Virus record (IMG/VR): IMGVR_UViG_3300011741_000001
Location: 124,001 to 188,000 of that record
Strand: one strand, 5' to 3'
DNA from: an uncultured virus (IMG/VR IMGVR_UViG_3300011741_000001)
Lineage: Duplodnaviria; Heunggongvirae; Uroviricota; Caudoviricetes
Length of the DNA: 64,000 bases
Shown piece after piece: positions 46,289 through 54,939 of the stretch. The translations under genes and the position numbers were made by a program. Within the stretch, counting starts at the first letter, position 1. The number at the start of each line of letters is the position of its first letter. The notes beneath the pieces were generated by a model. The model ran no database searches, was not told the DNA's origin, and saw only the letters and a list, made by a program, of their open reading frames with translations.

Positions 46289-47029
46289 TTACAGGCGTTT
46301 CGATTCCACGCTTAACATCGCATCGACGATAACTTTGTTGCGGGGGTCTTCGAAGAACGTCTTAGTGTTAGGCCACGTCCCATCACGGTAGGAGCGTTCC
46401 AACGTCATTTTTCGCAATTCCCCGTTACCGTGGTCACGCAATCCCGCGCTGAAACTGTATTCACAGGAAAGCTTAGCCGGCGTTGTCCGATCCATTTTCA
46501 GATTGAACAGGAACATGGTGAGTTTTCGGGTGATCGGCCCGATACGGTAGTTGGACGCCCGCAGGTTATGTTCCACAGACACTATCGACTGCCATCTGTA
46601 GATTTTATCCGACACTGGCTTACCTGACATCTTCGATACCAGCAACATGTCATAACGTAGCAAGTCGTAGAAGATAGGATCTTTCGCTTTAATAACGGCT
46701 TGTAGGTTGTTCGCCATCGCAACCTGCATCTGGACGTCATTCGCGTATTGGCGGAAGAAACGCTTGGCCGCTTCCGCGTAGAGTTTATTCCTTATCTCGC
46801 GCAACACCTCACCTTCAGTCATGCGAGGATATTGCACACCGTCGCTACAAATTGAAACAACCGCATCTGACTTGGCATCTGCGATAACTACCGAAGCCCC
46901 GTAATCCTTCCCGGTTCTCATCACGCAATAGACAACGATAGTTGCATCCGGTAACAGTTCACTGTGTTCCAGTGTAAAAGCATCTGACTCAATGATGTCA
47001 CGGATGTTAGCGCCGATTTTGATTTCCAT
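46289..47029 (-). CDS. Hypothetical protein
   Basis: Likely start MEIKIG. Confidence 0.6.
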   Translation of the reverse strand: MEIKIGANIRDIIESDAFTLEHSELLPDATIVVYCVMRTGKDYGASVVIADAKSDAVVSICSDGVQYPRMTEGEVLREIRNKLYAEAAKRFFRQYANDVQMQVAMANNLQAVIKAKDPIFYDLLRYDMLLVSKMSGKPVSDKIYRWQSIVSVEHNLRASNYRIGPITRKLTMFLFNLKMDRTTPAKLSCEYSFSAGLRDHGNGELRKMTLERSYRDGTWPNTKTFFEDPRNKVIVDAMLSVESKRL

Positions 47030-47092
47030 CTTGGTATCTCTCTTAGGTTTTAAGTTGGTGCGCTTTGCCCGGCGCACATCGGGTAAGGATTC

Positions 47093-47746
47093 TTACAGTA
47101 CCGCGACTTCACAACGCAGGCCCCAGCGTTCGTTACCGAAGCCGATGGCGCGCATTGGGTCAGACCATGTCGCGTTGTTGCACGACAGCAATAACTTGAG
47201 GTTGTTCTTGGCGCAGTAGTCCATCGCCACATCCAGCACGTCATCTGCTGCAGCGTCGTACTCGCCCAGACACATCACTTGCAGAATTTCATCGTCACCG
47301 ACAGCAGTCTGCAGACCCACGTAGACTTTATCGCCTTGCAGGATAGTGATGTGGGTGTCTTCACGTTGCACCTGATACTCGGCAACGTCTTTCTCTTTTG
47401 GCTCCGCCAGCGTCAGGTTCAGTGACTCCACCGTCCAGTCGTCACCAACCGGGAACTCGTAGTTTTCATCCACGTAGACCCGCACTGCGGTCGCGCGGGT
47501 GTAATACTGGGTCAGGGAGCGCAGGTCTTCACGCAGACAGTTAGCCGCAAGCACTACGCTAACAATGTCCGCATCCAATACGCAAAACGCCACACGGTCA
47601 ACCGTGAAATCATCGGCGATATGTACAAAGGTTTCAATCGGTAACGCAGTGTCCGCCAAATTCACGAAATAGGCGAGCTGTTCCTGATGTTCAATCAGGC
47701 TGTCGGACAGATTGGTCAGGTCGAGTTGTTCGATTTTAGTTAACAT
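47093..47746 (-). CDS. Acidic hypothetical protein, possible degenerate GNAT fold
   Basis: C-terminal VLDVAMDYCAKNNLKLLLSC...MRAIGF. Confidence 0.55.
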   Translation of the reverse strand: MLTKIEQLDLTNLSDSLIEHQEQLAYFVNLADTALPIETFVHIADDFTVDRVAFCVLDADIVSVVLAANCLREDLRSLTQYYTRATAVRVYVDENYEFPVGDDWTVESLNLTLAEPKEKDVAEYQVQREDTHITILQGDKVYVGLQTAVGDDEILQVMCLGEYDAAADDVLDVAMDYCAKNNLKLLLSCNNATWSDPMRAIGFGNERWGLRCEVAVL

Positions 47747-47822
47747 AATTGAGTCTCCTTAAGGGGGGGGTATAACGATTGAGGTACTTCACAAAAAATA
47801 AGCCACCCGAAGGTGGCCATGA

Positions 47823-48029
47823 TTATTTACCCATCAGTTCACGAATCTGCTTGTGCAGGTCATCAACTAATTTGTGGTTGTTAGCCTGCATTGCTTCATG
47901 CAGGTCTGTGCACAGGACAGCCAGACGCACGCCGTAATTTACTTCGCGTGGCTCCACAGAAGGAGCTGGGATTACCGCCTCTTCTTTAGCAGAGAAAAGG
48001 TTGACGATGGACAGAACTGCATTAAACAT
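47823..48029 (-). CDS. Small hypothetical protein
   Basis: Start MFNAVL after AGGAG. Followed by a hairpin at 47802-47817. Confidence 0.6.
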   Translation of the reverse strand: MFNAVLSIVNLFSAKEEAVIPAPSVEPREVNYGVRLAVLCTDLHEAMQANNHKLVDDLHKQIRELMGK

Positions 48030-48057
48030 GGTAGACTCCTGGAGTTTAAGTTTAAGG

Positions 48058-48375
48058 TTATTTAACAGTAAGGTACGGGAATTCGCCGCGTGCTTTGCGC
48101 AGGCGATAAGTCTGAAGATTGCTCGGGCGCGCCATGGCATAGCCAGATTCCTCGTTGGCACTATTCAGGCTAAACAGCGCTGCTGTACAACGAGCGACTG
48201 TCTTCGCATCCTTGGTGGAGTTAGCAATGGCTAACAGGTGACCGATACGCGCAACTTCTTCACCGAAGAAGCCGAGGTCAGTATTGGCCTGGAAAGTATT
48301 CAGTAACGGGTTAACCACTTCTTTCTTAGCAGTGGCTTTCTTTTCAGAACCGAACAGAGCAGATAAAAATGACAT
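48058..48375 (-). CDS. Hypothetical early protein
   Basis: TAAGGAG RBS. Directly downstream of the candidate early promoter. Confidence 0.65.
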   Translation of the reverse strand: MSFLSALFGSEKKATAKKEVVNPLLNTFQANTDLGFFGEEVARIGHLLAIANSTKDAKTVARCTAALFSLNSANEESGYAMARPSNLQTYRLRKARGEFPYLTVK

Positions 48376-48432
48376 GATGAATCTCCTTAATGGGGGTTAG
48401 GTTAGAGAGATTAATGTATTCTCTCACCTTAG

Positions 48433-48448
48433 TAATATCTATCTGAAA
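48433..48448 (-). promoter_or_regulatory. Candidate early promoter, TTTCAGATAGATATTA
   Basis: Identical to 41213..41228. Confidence 0.6.
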
Positions 48449-48511
48449 TCTTTTTCGTTCAAACCGGTGAACAAAAAAGAAAAGGGAACCCGAAGGCTCC
48501 CTTTAATCACC

Positions 48512-48805
48512 CTAACCTCGCACAATCGTTTTCACGATTTGTGAGATGCGGGCTTCTGTGACACCGTAGATTTTGGCTTGGGTTTTGTTCTGGATGCCGG
48601 AGAGATACCCCAGACACACATTCAAATCCCGGATGTTGCGCATCACGCCATCGATGTTACGGATGTGTTCCACGTGGGTCGGAGGGACAACCCCACTGTC
48701 GGGCAACGCCGCCATCAGCTCACGCAGTTTGGTGGTTTGCAGTTTCAGTGCACGGTGAACACCGTCACGTTTGATTTGCCGAGTGGCTTCTGAGAACGAC
48801 TTCAT
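48512..48805 (-). CDS. HTH DNA-binding protein
   Basis: C-terminal QAKIYGVTEARISQIV helix-turn-helix. Confidence 0.6.
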   Translation of the reverse strand: MKSFSEATRQIKRDGVHRALKLQTTKLRELMAALPDSGVVPPTHVEHIRNIDGVMRNIRDLNVCLGYLSGIQNKTQAKIYGVTEARISQIVKTIVRG

Positions 48806-48807
48806 GA

Positions 48808-49158
48808 CTACACCAAACGCAGACGATGGTGTGCATGATGACCTACACCCTTGATGCGGGTTTGGTATTCCAGTGCCGATTCGATGTGGACACGCACCTG
48901 CACTTTCCCGTTAATGGAACGTACCCCGTATTCGAAATCAATCCCTAACGCTTCTGCTACTGCTGTCAGCGCTTCGAGAGAGACTTTGTCTTTACGGTCG
49001 TTCTTGATAAGACTTATCACCGTGGAAGAGACGCCACAGACTTGGGCAATCTCTTTCTGGGTGTGGTGGTTATTCAAACGGTCAACCACGAGAGAAAGCT
49101 GGTTGAGGAAGACATTTTTCAATTTCGCCAGGTGGGCGTTACGGATACGTTTTGACAT
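48808..49158 (-). CDS. XRE/Cro-family HTH protein
   Basis: TQKEIAQVCGVSSTVISLIKN...VSLEALTAVAEALG. Confidence 0.8.
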   Translation of the reverse strand: MSKRIRNAHLAKLKNVFLNQLSLVVDRLNNHHTQKEIAQVCGVSSTVISLIKNDRKDKVSLEALTAVAEALGIDFEYGVRSINGKVQVRVHIESALEYQTRIKGVGHHAHHRLRLV

Positions 49159-49182
49159 GTAGATTCTCCTTACGGTGTTTTA

Positions 49183-49593
49183 TTAGCGGGTGTACAGTGG
49201 GATATAAAGAACATGGCTAACGACGCGACCCAGTCGCAGATTCTCTTTGTAGAAGTAATCCGCACTGACGGCAATGCATGGCGTGGTACGACCGTTAGGT
49301 CCGCCTACCGCATCGTAATCGTTAATACGCAGTTCCCACGTCGTGATGGGAATTGACCCGCCGAGAACTTTGGTAAACTCGGCGTAGGCTTTGTGGTTAA
49401 ACGGTGCATGACCATCGCTAACACGATGGGTCAGGTGTGGCCAATCCTGCGGTTTCAGTTTTGACCACTCCCCACATTCACAGTCATTACGAAACTGCAT
49501 AGCGTGCTTCACGAGTAAACAGTTAAGCTTGTAGTTTTTCAGCGCTTCCCGTAAACCGACTTGGTTCTTATCCTTTAGAAAACTGTTTAACAT
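49183..49593 (-). CDS. Hypothetical protein (paralogue of 49617..50021)
   Basis: Shared AY...WE...TPC...PLY pattern. Confidence 0.6.
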   Translation of the reverse strand: MLNSFLKDKNQVGLREALKNYKLNCLLVKHAMQFRNDCECGEWSKLKPQDWPHLTHRVSDGHAPFNHKAYAEFTKVLGGSIPITTWELRINDYDAVGGPNGRTTPCIAVSADYFYKENLRLGRVVSHVLYIPLYTR

Positions 49594-49616
49594 GAGATAC
49601 TCCTTAAGGGTGTGAC

Positions 49617-50021
49617 TTATTGTTTATTGGTGTGGTAATACAACGGGACGAGGAAATGACGACGGTCACACTCGTTCCATTTGCAATGGTCTTTCAAACT
49701 GTCGCTGTAGAAACGCGAAGGGATGCACACACAGGGTGTGGCTTTCAGGTGGTTCCATCTCAGGATATCCGCCCTCTTCTCTTGGCACTCCCACACGTCA
49801 AGCTTCGTGCCGTAGGGGATAATCTTCAACAACTTTTGATACGCGTCCTCATCGAAACGGACAACGCCTTCTTCGAAATCGGCATGGCGAATAACTTCTT
49901 CGCTGGTGATGCTGTGATAGTGCATCAAGTTACGGAATGAACGTCCGTGCTTTCTGACCCAGAACCCTACGCGCATTTTAGTGATGAAAAAACCGATACT
50001 GTCTTTAAGTGATTCAAACAT
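49617..50021 (-). CDS. Hypothetical protein
   Basis: AGGAG RBS. Follows the third copy of the promoter motif. Confidence 0.6.
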   Translation of the reverse strand: MFESLKDSIGFFITKMRVGFWVRKHGRSFRNLMHYHSITSEEVIRHADFEEGVVRFDEDAYQKLLKIIPYGTKLDVWECQEKRADILRWNHLKATPCVCIPSRFYSDSLKDHCKWNECDRRHFLVPLYYHTNKQ

Positions 50022-50079
50022 AATTTTTCTCCTGTTTTAGTTGTTATGTTTTTGAGTTTATTGCTAATACTCACAATGA

Positions 50080-50096
50080 TAATATCTATCCGTAAA
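50080..50096 (-). promoter_or_regulatory. Candidate early promoter, TTTACGGATAGATATTA
   Basis: Near copy of the 16-mer, in an AT-rich intergenic region. Confidence 0.55.
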
Positions 50097-50146
50097 TTTT
50101 TAGAATGAAAAAAGAAAGCCCCACCTCCGAAGAGATGGGGGTATAA

Positions 50147-50770
50147 CTAACGGGTGAGTTCGTACACCAGTTTGGCAATGTCCGCCGGTTTGAAATCCCC
50201 GGGTGGCATCGCGATGTGGTTGTAACGGTTCCCGCCTTCAGTCAGGATGTGCATCGCAAAACGGAAGCTCTCACGCAGACCATTCCACGTGTCTTCGTTC
50301 TTCACGTATTTGTAGGTCAGCACATCGTCTTCCCACGGCTTGCCTTCCAGCAATAAACGTTGCTTAGCGCGTACCATGGCGGTGGTGTAATCAATGTCCA
50401 GCGAGACAAACGTATTCGGTGGGGTCATACGTTCCCGCAGTCCTGAACTGAAGATGGCTTGCTTGCCAACCTCACCCTGATGCACAGTGGTGGAGGCCAG
50501 GAAGTGATCCATAATCACAAAGTCGTACTGCTTGTTGATTGGGTCATCCAGCGTAGCTTTGAAATCCGCAACCAATGCGTCCGCCACTATCTCTGGTGCT
50601 GCTGACTGGAGCATCAGTCGACGGGCATGTTGGCCAGTAGGGGAATCGGTACGGGGGTTGCCGTACACAACGACCTTGTAGCCCATGGCTTCTAAGGCGG
50701 TCTTAACCGCACGAATCAAAAAGCTTTTACCCGCGTAATCCGGGCCATCAAATGAAGCAATTCTGGTCAC
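50147..50770 (-). CDS. tmk: Thymidylate kinase-like nucleotide kinase
   Basis: FDGPDYAGKS P-loop, and VIMDHFLASTTVHQG (DR motif diverged to DH). Confidence 0.75.
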   Translation of the reverse strand: MTRIASFDGPDYAGKSFLIRAVKTALEAMGYKVVVYGNPRTDSPTGQHARRLMLQSAAPEIVADALVADFKATLDDPINKQYDFVIMDHFLASTTVHQGEVGKQAIFSSGLRERMTPPNTFVSLDIDYTTAMVRAKQRLLLEGKPWEDDVLTYKYVKNEDTWNGLRESFRFAMHILTEGGNRYNHIAMPPGDFKPADIAKLVYELTR

Positions 50771-50862
50771 AGTGTTCTTATCCGTTGCTGTGGGTGGTAG
50801 TCACACCATAAGGGTAAAGCGTAAAAGAAAACCAAACCCTCTTCCGAAGAAGAGGGCGGGGC

Positions 50863-51456
50863 TTACTGGTGGTCAACCGTGGGGTCAGACCACTCGTCGG
50901 TCGTGTCAGGCATCTCTAACACGGCCGCTTTCTCTGAGGTGATAACCATCGCGGTAATCGCCCGTTCCGCCATAAAGTGTTGAAGCAGCAACGACTCTTG
51001 TTCGTTGTTGACAATCACCAGATGGGCTGAACGCAACAGCTCCACAGCCGCTGCCGCTTGCGACGGACTGACCGGGAGTTTGTTATCTGCGATAATCGAC
51101 TGTAAGCGTGCACGGGACATCCCGCTAACGTTACACGTGTCGAAGCGCAGGTCGATAATGCCTTCACGGTTCATGGGTACCACCTGTGGGGTTTTCAGTA
51201 ACCCTTTGTAGGGTGACTTGGCACGGACTTTGTGAATCTCACACACCGCTTTGTGCAGGATACCGCGAATACGGTTACTGTCCCACACCACCGGCGGTTT
51301 CTTCAGGTTGGCCACTTTGCAGGCGATGTTCACCACCACCGACATGTGATACAACCGCATGAACTGTCCGCGACGAATACGTAAACGTGATGGCAGTTCA
51401 CCGTGATTAAGAATGTACGAATTGGCCACCAACAAAATTGAATCGAGAATCATCAT
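50863..51456 (-). CDS. Hypothetical protein
   Basis: GGAGGAG RBS. Followed by a hairpin terminator at about 50823-50860. Confidence 0.6.
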   Translation of the reverse strand: MMILDSILLVANSYILNHGELPSRLRIRRGQFMRLYHMSVVVNIACKVANLKKPPVVWDSNRIRGILHKAVCEIHKVRAKSPYKGLLKTPQVVPMNREGIIDLRFDTCNVSGMSRARLQSIIADNKLPVSPSQAAAAVELLRSAHLVIVNNEQESLLLQHFMAERAITAMVITSEKAAVLEMPDTTDEWSDPTVDHQ

Positions 51457-51462
51457 CTCCTC

Positions 51463-51888
51463 CTAAAAGCCATTGACAACAGCACGGATGAACTCATATA
51501 CCGTGCGTTTGTGCGCTTCAAGAGGATATGTAAACTGCTCGAAGTTGTCACACCAACGAATCGGGTGCACGCTAACCTTGTTAATGGTCACGTGGGATTT
51601 CAGTACCGCGAAGTATTCTGCGCTGATACGAAAGTTGAGTACAATCATATCATCTCCTACGGAGACGGCTAAGCGCGTGGCTTCTATCCCTCGATCCACC
51701 AATTCAGAACTCAGCTCCACGTGCGGCGCATCCGGGGTGTGTTCCAGAATGTACGCCACGTCGTGTAACTTTCCGTCCTTGGCCGGGGTCAGCCGGGTTA
51801 ATGCTGCGGTGTAACGTTCAAGCTCTCGATAGAACATTTCTCCAGCCTCGTGTCTCGACCGTAGGGCAGAATGTTGTGGAGACCACAA
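51463..51888 (-). CDS. Hypothetical protein
   Basis: ORF in a co-oriented run; start uncertain. Confidence 0.5.
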   Translation of the reverse strand: MWSPQHSALRSRHEAGEMFYRELERYTAALTRLTPAKDGKLHDVAYILEHTPDAPHVELSSELVDRGIEATRLAVSVGDDMIVLNFRISAEYFAVLKSHVTINKVSVHPIRWCDNFEQFTYPLEAHKRTVYEFIRAVVNGF

Positions 51889-52397
51889 TACCCTTCGGTT
51901 TTCAGTGAGCGCATCGACACGTAACGCGAGTAGAACATCAGGTATTTATAGAACGTGGCCAGCGAAACGTCTTTGTCCGTCACCAGCAAATAGTCGGTGT
52001 TGTCAGCATCCTGCACCGTGACACGAATGCCGGTGTAGATAACCTCACCCACGGTAAATCTCACGGGTTGTACGGAGACCGGGGAGTTGTCTACCCCGAC
52101 CTGAAACGCCTTCTGACCTGTCCAGTAAATACCTCTTACGGTTGCGTCACATGTCTTACGCATTTCTCCTGCTTGGCACACATGTTCAAAGCTTGCGCGC
52201 TGACGCGCATCACAAGTCGTTGCCAGACGTTTGATGTCCTCGTCTGTCAGATACTGATTAACACCCGGTGGTAAACGCCAGAACTGTCCTAAAGCCCGGA
52301 CAGTTCGCCAACCCGGACGGTTGATTGCATGGTAGCGTTTAACCCCAAACGTAAAACGTTGACCGCTGTGATGCGGCACAGTGCGAAAGTGTGTCAT
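51798..52397 (-). CDS. Hypothetical protein
   Basis: 199-aa ORF. Confidence 0.55.
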   Translation of the reverse strand: MTHFRTVPHHSGQRFTFGVKRYHAINRPGWRTVRALGQFWRLPPGVNQYLTDEDIKRLATTCDARQRASFEHVCQAGEMRKTCDATVRGIYWTGQKAFQVGVDNSPVSVQPVRFTVGEVIYTGIRVTVQDADNTDYLLVTDKDVSLATFYKYLMFYSRYVSMRSLKTEGYCGLHNILPYGRDTRLEKCSIESLNVTPQH

Positions 52398-52399
52398 GC

Positions 52400-52867
52400 C
52401 TAGAGCTCCAGAGTCATTGTCTGGGATTCGGTTTTAAAGCCGAATGACTGATAAAGGCGTTGGGCACCGACGTTCGAATCGACCACGTGGAGCTCAGCCC
52501 ACTGACAGCCTTTCTTGCGTCCGTATTCCTGCACCCATTGCATCAGTGCACGACCCGTCCCTTTACCCCGCTCACTGGGCACCACGTAAAAGTTGTGGAT
52601 GTATAGAAAGCGGTCACCAGACTTGCTGTATGAAAAATGTAGAAAGCCAACCAGCTCACCCGTCGCTTCATCGATTGCCAATGCCACTGATTCCCCCGGA
52701 CCCCACAACCGCTCCAGCTCACCGAAAGCACGGTAGGCGGTACGGTTGGAGATATCTTTAATCAGGGTCTTCATGGCAAAGAACAACTCGTTGTATAACG
52801 CAAGTAGCTGTTTGTAATAGAGTTGCCCCAGTTTAGACTGAGGCGAAAGGGCGATTTTAATAATCAT
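52400..52867 (-). CDS. GNAT acetyltransferase
   Basis: LYIHNFYVVPSERGKGTGRALM...NVGAQRLYQSFGF. Confidence 0.9.
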   Translation of the reverse strand: MIIKIALSPQSKLGQLYYKQLLALYNELFFAMKTLIKDISNRTAYRAFGELERLWGPGESVALAIDEATGELVGFLHFSYSKSGDRFLYIHNFYVVPSERGKGTGRALMQWVQEYGRKKGCQWAELHVVDSNVGAQRLYQSFGFKTESQTMTLEL

Positions 52868-53994
52868 GCGCCTTCCTTAATCGACTGGCGAACGTATTCC
52901 AGCAACCCCTCCGCTGAACGCACCAACGCGGTAACAAACGCGTCGTTTAGGGCCATGGAGGTTTTGTAGTAACCGGTCACACGACGCAGGTCTTTCAATG
53001 CGACGTTCTTTAAATCCGCTTTCAGGGTTTCCGCTTCTTCGTCCACCGCGGTGTAGCCGGTGAGCTTGCGTTTGACACCCAGTTCGCGTAACGTGGTCAC
53101 CGCCTGACGAACGCCTTTGAGTGCACGTTCGCAGTCCGACTTAGACAGACTCGGCAGGGTATGCCCGTAATCCCCGTCTTTGGCAACCGCATAAGTGATG
53201 AGGCCATTGTCACGTTCGACAACCACCACGTTCCCACCGAAACAAGTCGCTTTGACTTCTTTGGTAGGACTCACAATCCCGATGAGTTTCGAAGCACGTT
53301 TGACCGCCCAGTCGGTTGACCGGCCCATGCGTTCCAGCACCCCGTGCTCATCCACTTTCTTACCTTTGAAGATACTGCGCACCTGCACCGTGAATTCGTC
53401 GATACGGGCTTCAATCACTTTGGAGTGACCGGTGAACTCGATGGTTTTATCGATGCTCACTTTATCTTCAAAACAAACCTTGGACGTCCACGCCCCGGCT
53501 TCCACTGTCCCTTTCTTTAACTCGTCGGCGTCTTTCAACTCACCTTCAAGTTTGTTCAGCTGCTTTTCAAGGATAGTGGCTTTACTGGTGACGTGGGCGA
53601 TTTTCTTCGTGGTGTCTTTGGCGAGTTCATCCGCAAAGCCCACAAAGCGCATGGCCAACTGATGCGACGCACGGCCAGCGGCATTGACGCCTTTCATCAG
53701 TTGTTTGTTGCCGGCACGACCCACCGCTGTAGCACCCTTGCCCGCGAGTCGGGCAGCTTTCCCGCCGTAGACACGCGCCAGACTGCCCTGGCTTTGGGCG
53801 TCGTGTACCGCCTGCGCTCTTTCCATCATCGCAGACGATTCGGTACCCACAAACGGCTCGTCGTCCATCGACAAGCACCAGCGTTTACGAATCGACAGGA
53901 CTGCCGCGTTGTCGGGACGAACCCCAATAGATTCCAATGCGACCAACCTGTCATAATCGTCACAGAGGATTTCAAAATCCAGTTCGAGCGACAT
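52864..53994 (-). CDS. Probable internal head protein (phiKZ-like, proteolytically processed)
   Basis: Acidic N-terminal propeptide with SLE/ALE/GTE prohead-protease-type sites, followed by a helical Lys-rich body. Confidence 0.55.
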   Translation of the reverse strand: MSLELDFEILCDDYDRLVALESIGVRPDNAAVLSIRKRWCLSMDDEPFVGTESSAMMERAQAVHDAQSQGSLARVYGGKAARLAGKGATAVGRAGNKQLMKGVNAAGRASHQLAMRFVGFADELAKDTTKKIAHVTSKATILEKQLNKLEGELKDADELKKGTVEAGAWTSKVCFEDKVSIDKTIEFTGHSKVIEARIDEFTVQVRSIFKGKKVDEHGVLERMGRSTDWAVKRASKLIGIVSPTKEVKATCFGGNVVVVERDNGLITYAVAKDGDYGHTLPSLSKSDCERALKGVRQAVTTLRELGVKRKLTGYTAVDEEAETLKADLKNVALKDLRRVTGYYKTSMALNDAFVTALVRSAEGLLEYVRQSIKEGA

Positions 53995-54009
53995 ACGCGG
54001 CTCTCCGTG

Positions 54010-54276
54010 TTAAGATTCGATAGTGTAGTAGTAATAGCGGTTGGGCCAACGCACGGCGATAGCAAATAACTCGCCAGTGTCCCCGTCGTAATACATTACC
54101 ACACGGCCTTTTACCGTATCGTCGGTGGAGGTCTTAAAGTTTCTGTCGTTCAGATACTGGAAGAACTCCTCCTCCGGTTGTTTCCACGGCGTTAACGCCG
54201 GTGGCGGGGGCGGTGGTAATGCTACCGGTGGGAAGAATGCGCTGTGTAACCGCTGCCATAAAGAGGTTTTCTGCAT
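54010..54276 (-). CDS. Small hypothetical protein with polyproline tract
   Basis: Start MQKTSLW after GAGG. Confidence 0.55.
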   Translation of the reverse strand: MQKTSLWQRLHSAFFPPVALPPPPPPALTPWKQPEEEFFQYLNDRNFKTSTDDTVKGRVVMYYDGDTGELFAIAVRWPNRYYYYTIES

Positions 54277-54292
54277 GTGTGCCTCAGAGGAT

Positions 54293-54859
54293 TCATAATA
54301 AACGCAAGGACGCCAACCATTGGTCGCCATCGCGTGCATGATGGTACGTCGGCACGTTAACGGATTTGGCGTAGGCCACTCCCATTGCGGTACCCCCTTT
54401 GGGGTTGCCTCTCTTATCCAGCGGGGCAGAATAATAGACTGCGTCCACCGGCGTGAGTAAATCGTCACCCATAATGATATTCAGGTTACGTCCGTGGAGT
54501 TTCATGGAAACGTCGTCAAGGTAATCGGGTGCTGGGTGTAGCGAGCGGACAATGCTGTTATACATCTCGGTCTGCTCAATCACGCGGAAGTCCACGTTAG
54601 GGTTTTTGGTTTTTAACCACAGTTTCTTATCGTCGGGTAAATAGCACATAAACGACACGCGATCGTCAGTCGCGAAGACGCGGGCAATCGTGAATTGAAT
54701 CTGATCCGGCCCTTTCCAACAACCGCCGCTGGTCCACTCGACGGTATAACCTTTCTCCAGTAATATCGTGGTGCCCAGTAACAACTTATCGTACATTTCT
54801 TTCATGGTTTCGGGGTCGGTCTCACGTGAGCCGATGACTGCTAAGCGGTATTTTTTCAT
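54293..54859 (-). CDS. SLOG/DprA-like Rossmann-fold protein
   Basis: LAVIGSRET...SGGC.KGPD...HGRN...KGGTAMGV. Confidence 0.7.
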   Translation of the reverse strand: MKKYRLAVIGSRETDPETMKEMYDKLLLGTTILLEKGYTVEWTSGGCWKGPDQIQFTIARVFATDDRVSFMCYLPDDKKLWLKTKNPNVDFRVIEQTEMYNSIVRSLHPAPDYLDDVSMKLHGRNLNIIMGDDLLTPVDAVYYSAPLDKRGNPKGGTAMGVAYAKSVNVPTYHHARDGDQWLASLRLL

Positions 54860-54939
54860 GGGTAAGTGTCCTCCTATAGGGAAGTCCCTGATATGCAAAA
54901 AATAAGAGGAAATTCCCTCCCCGAAGGGAGGGCGGTGGG

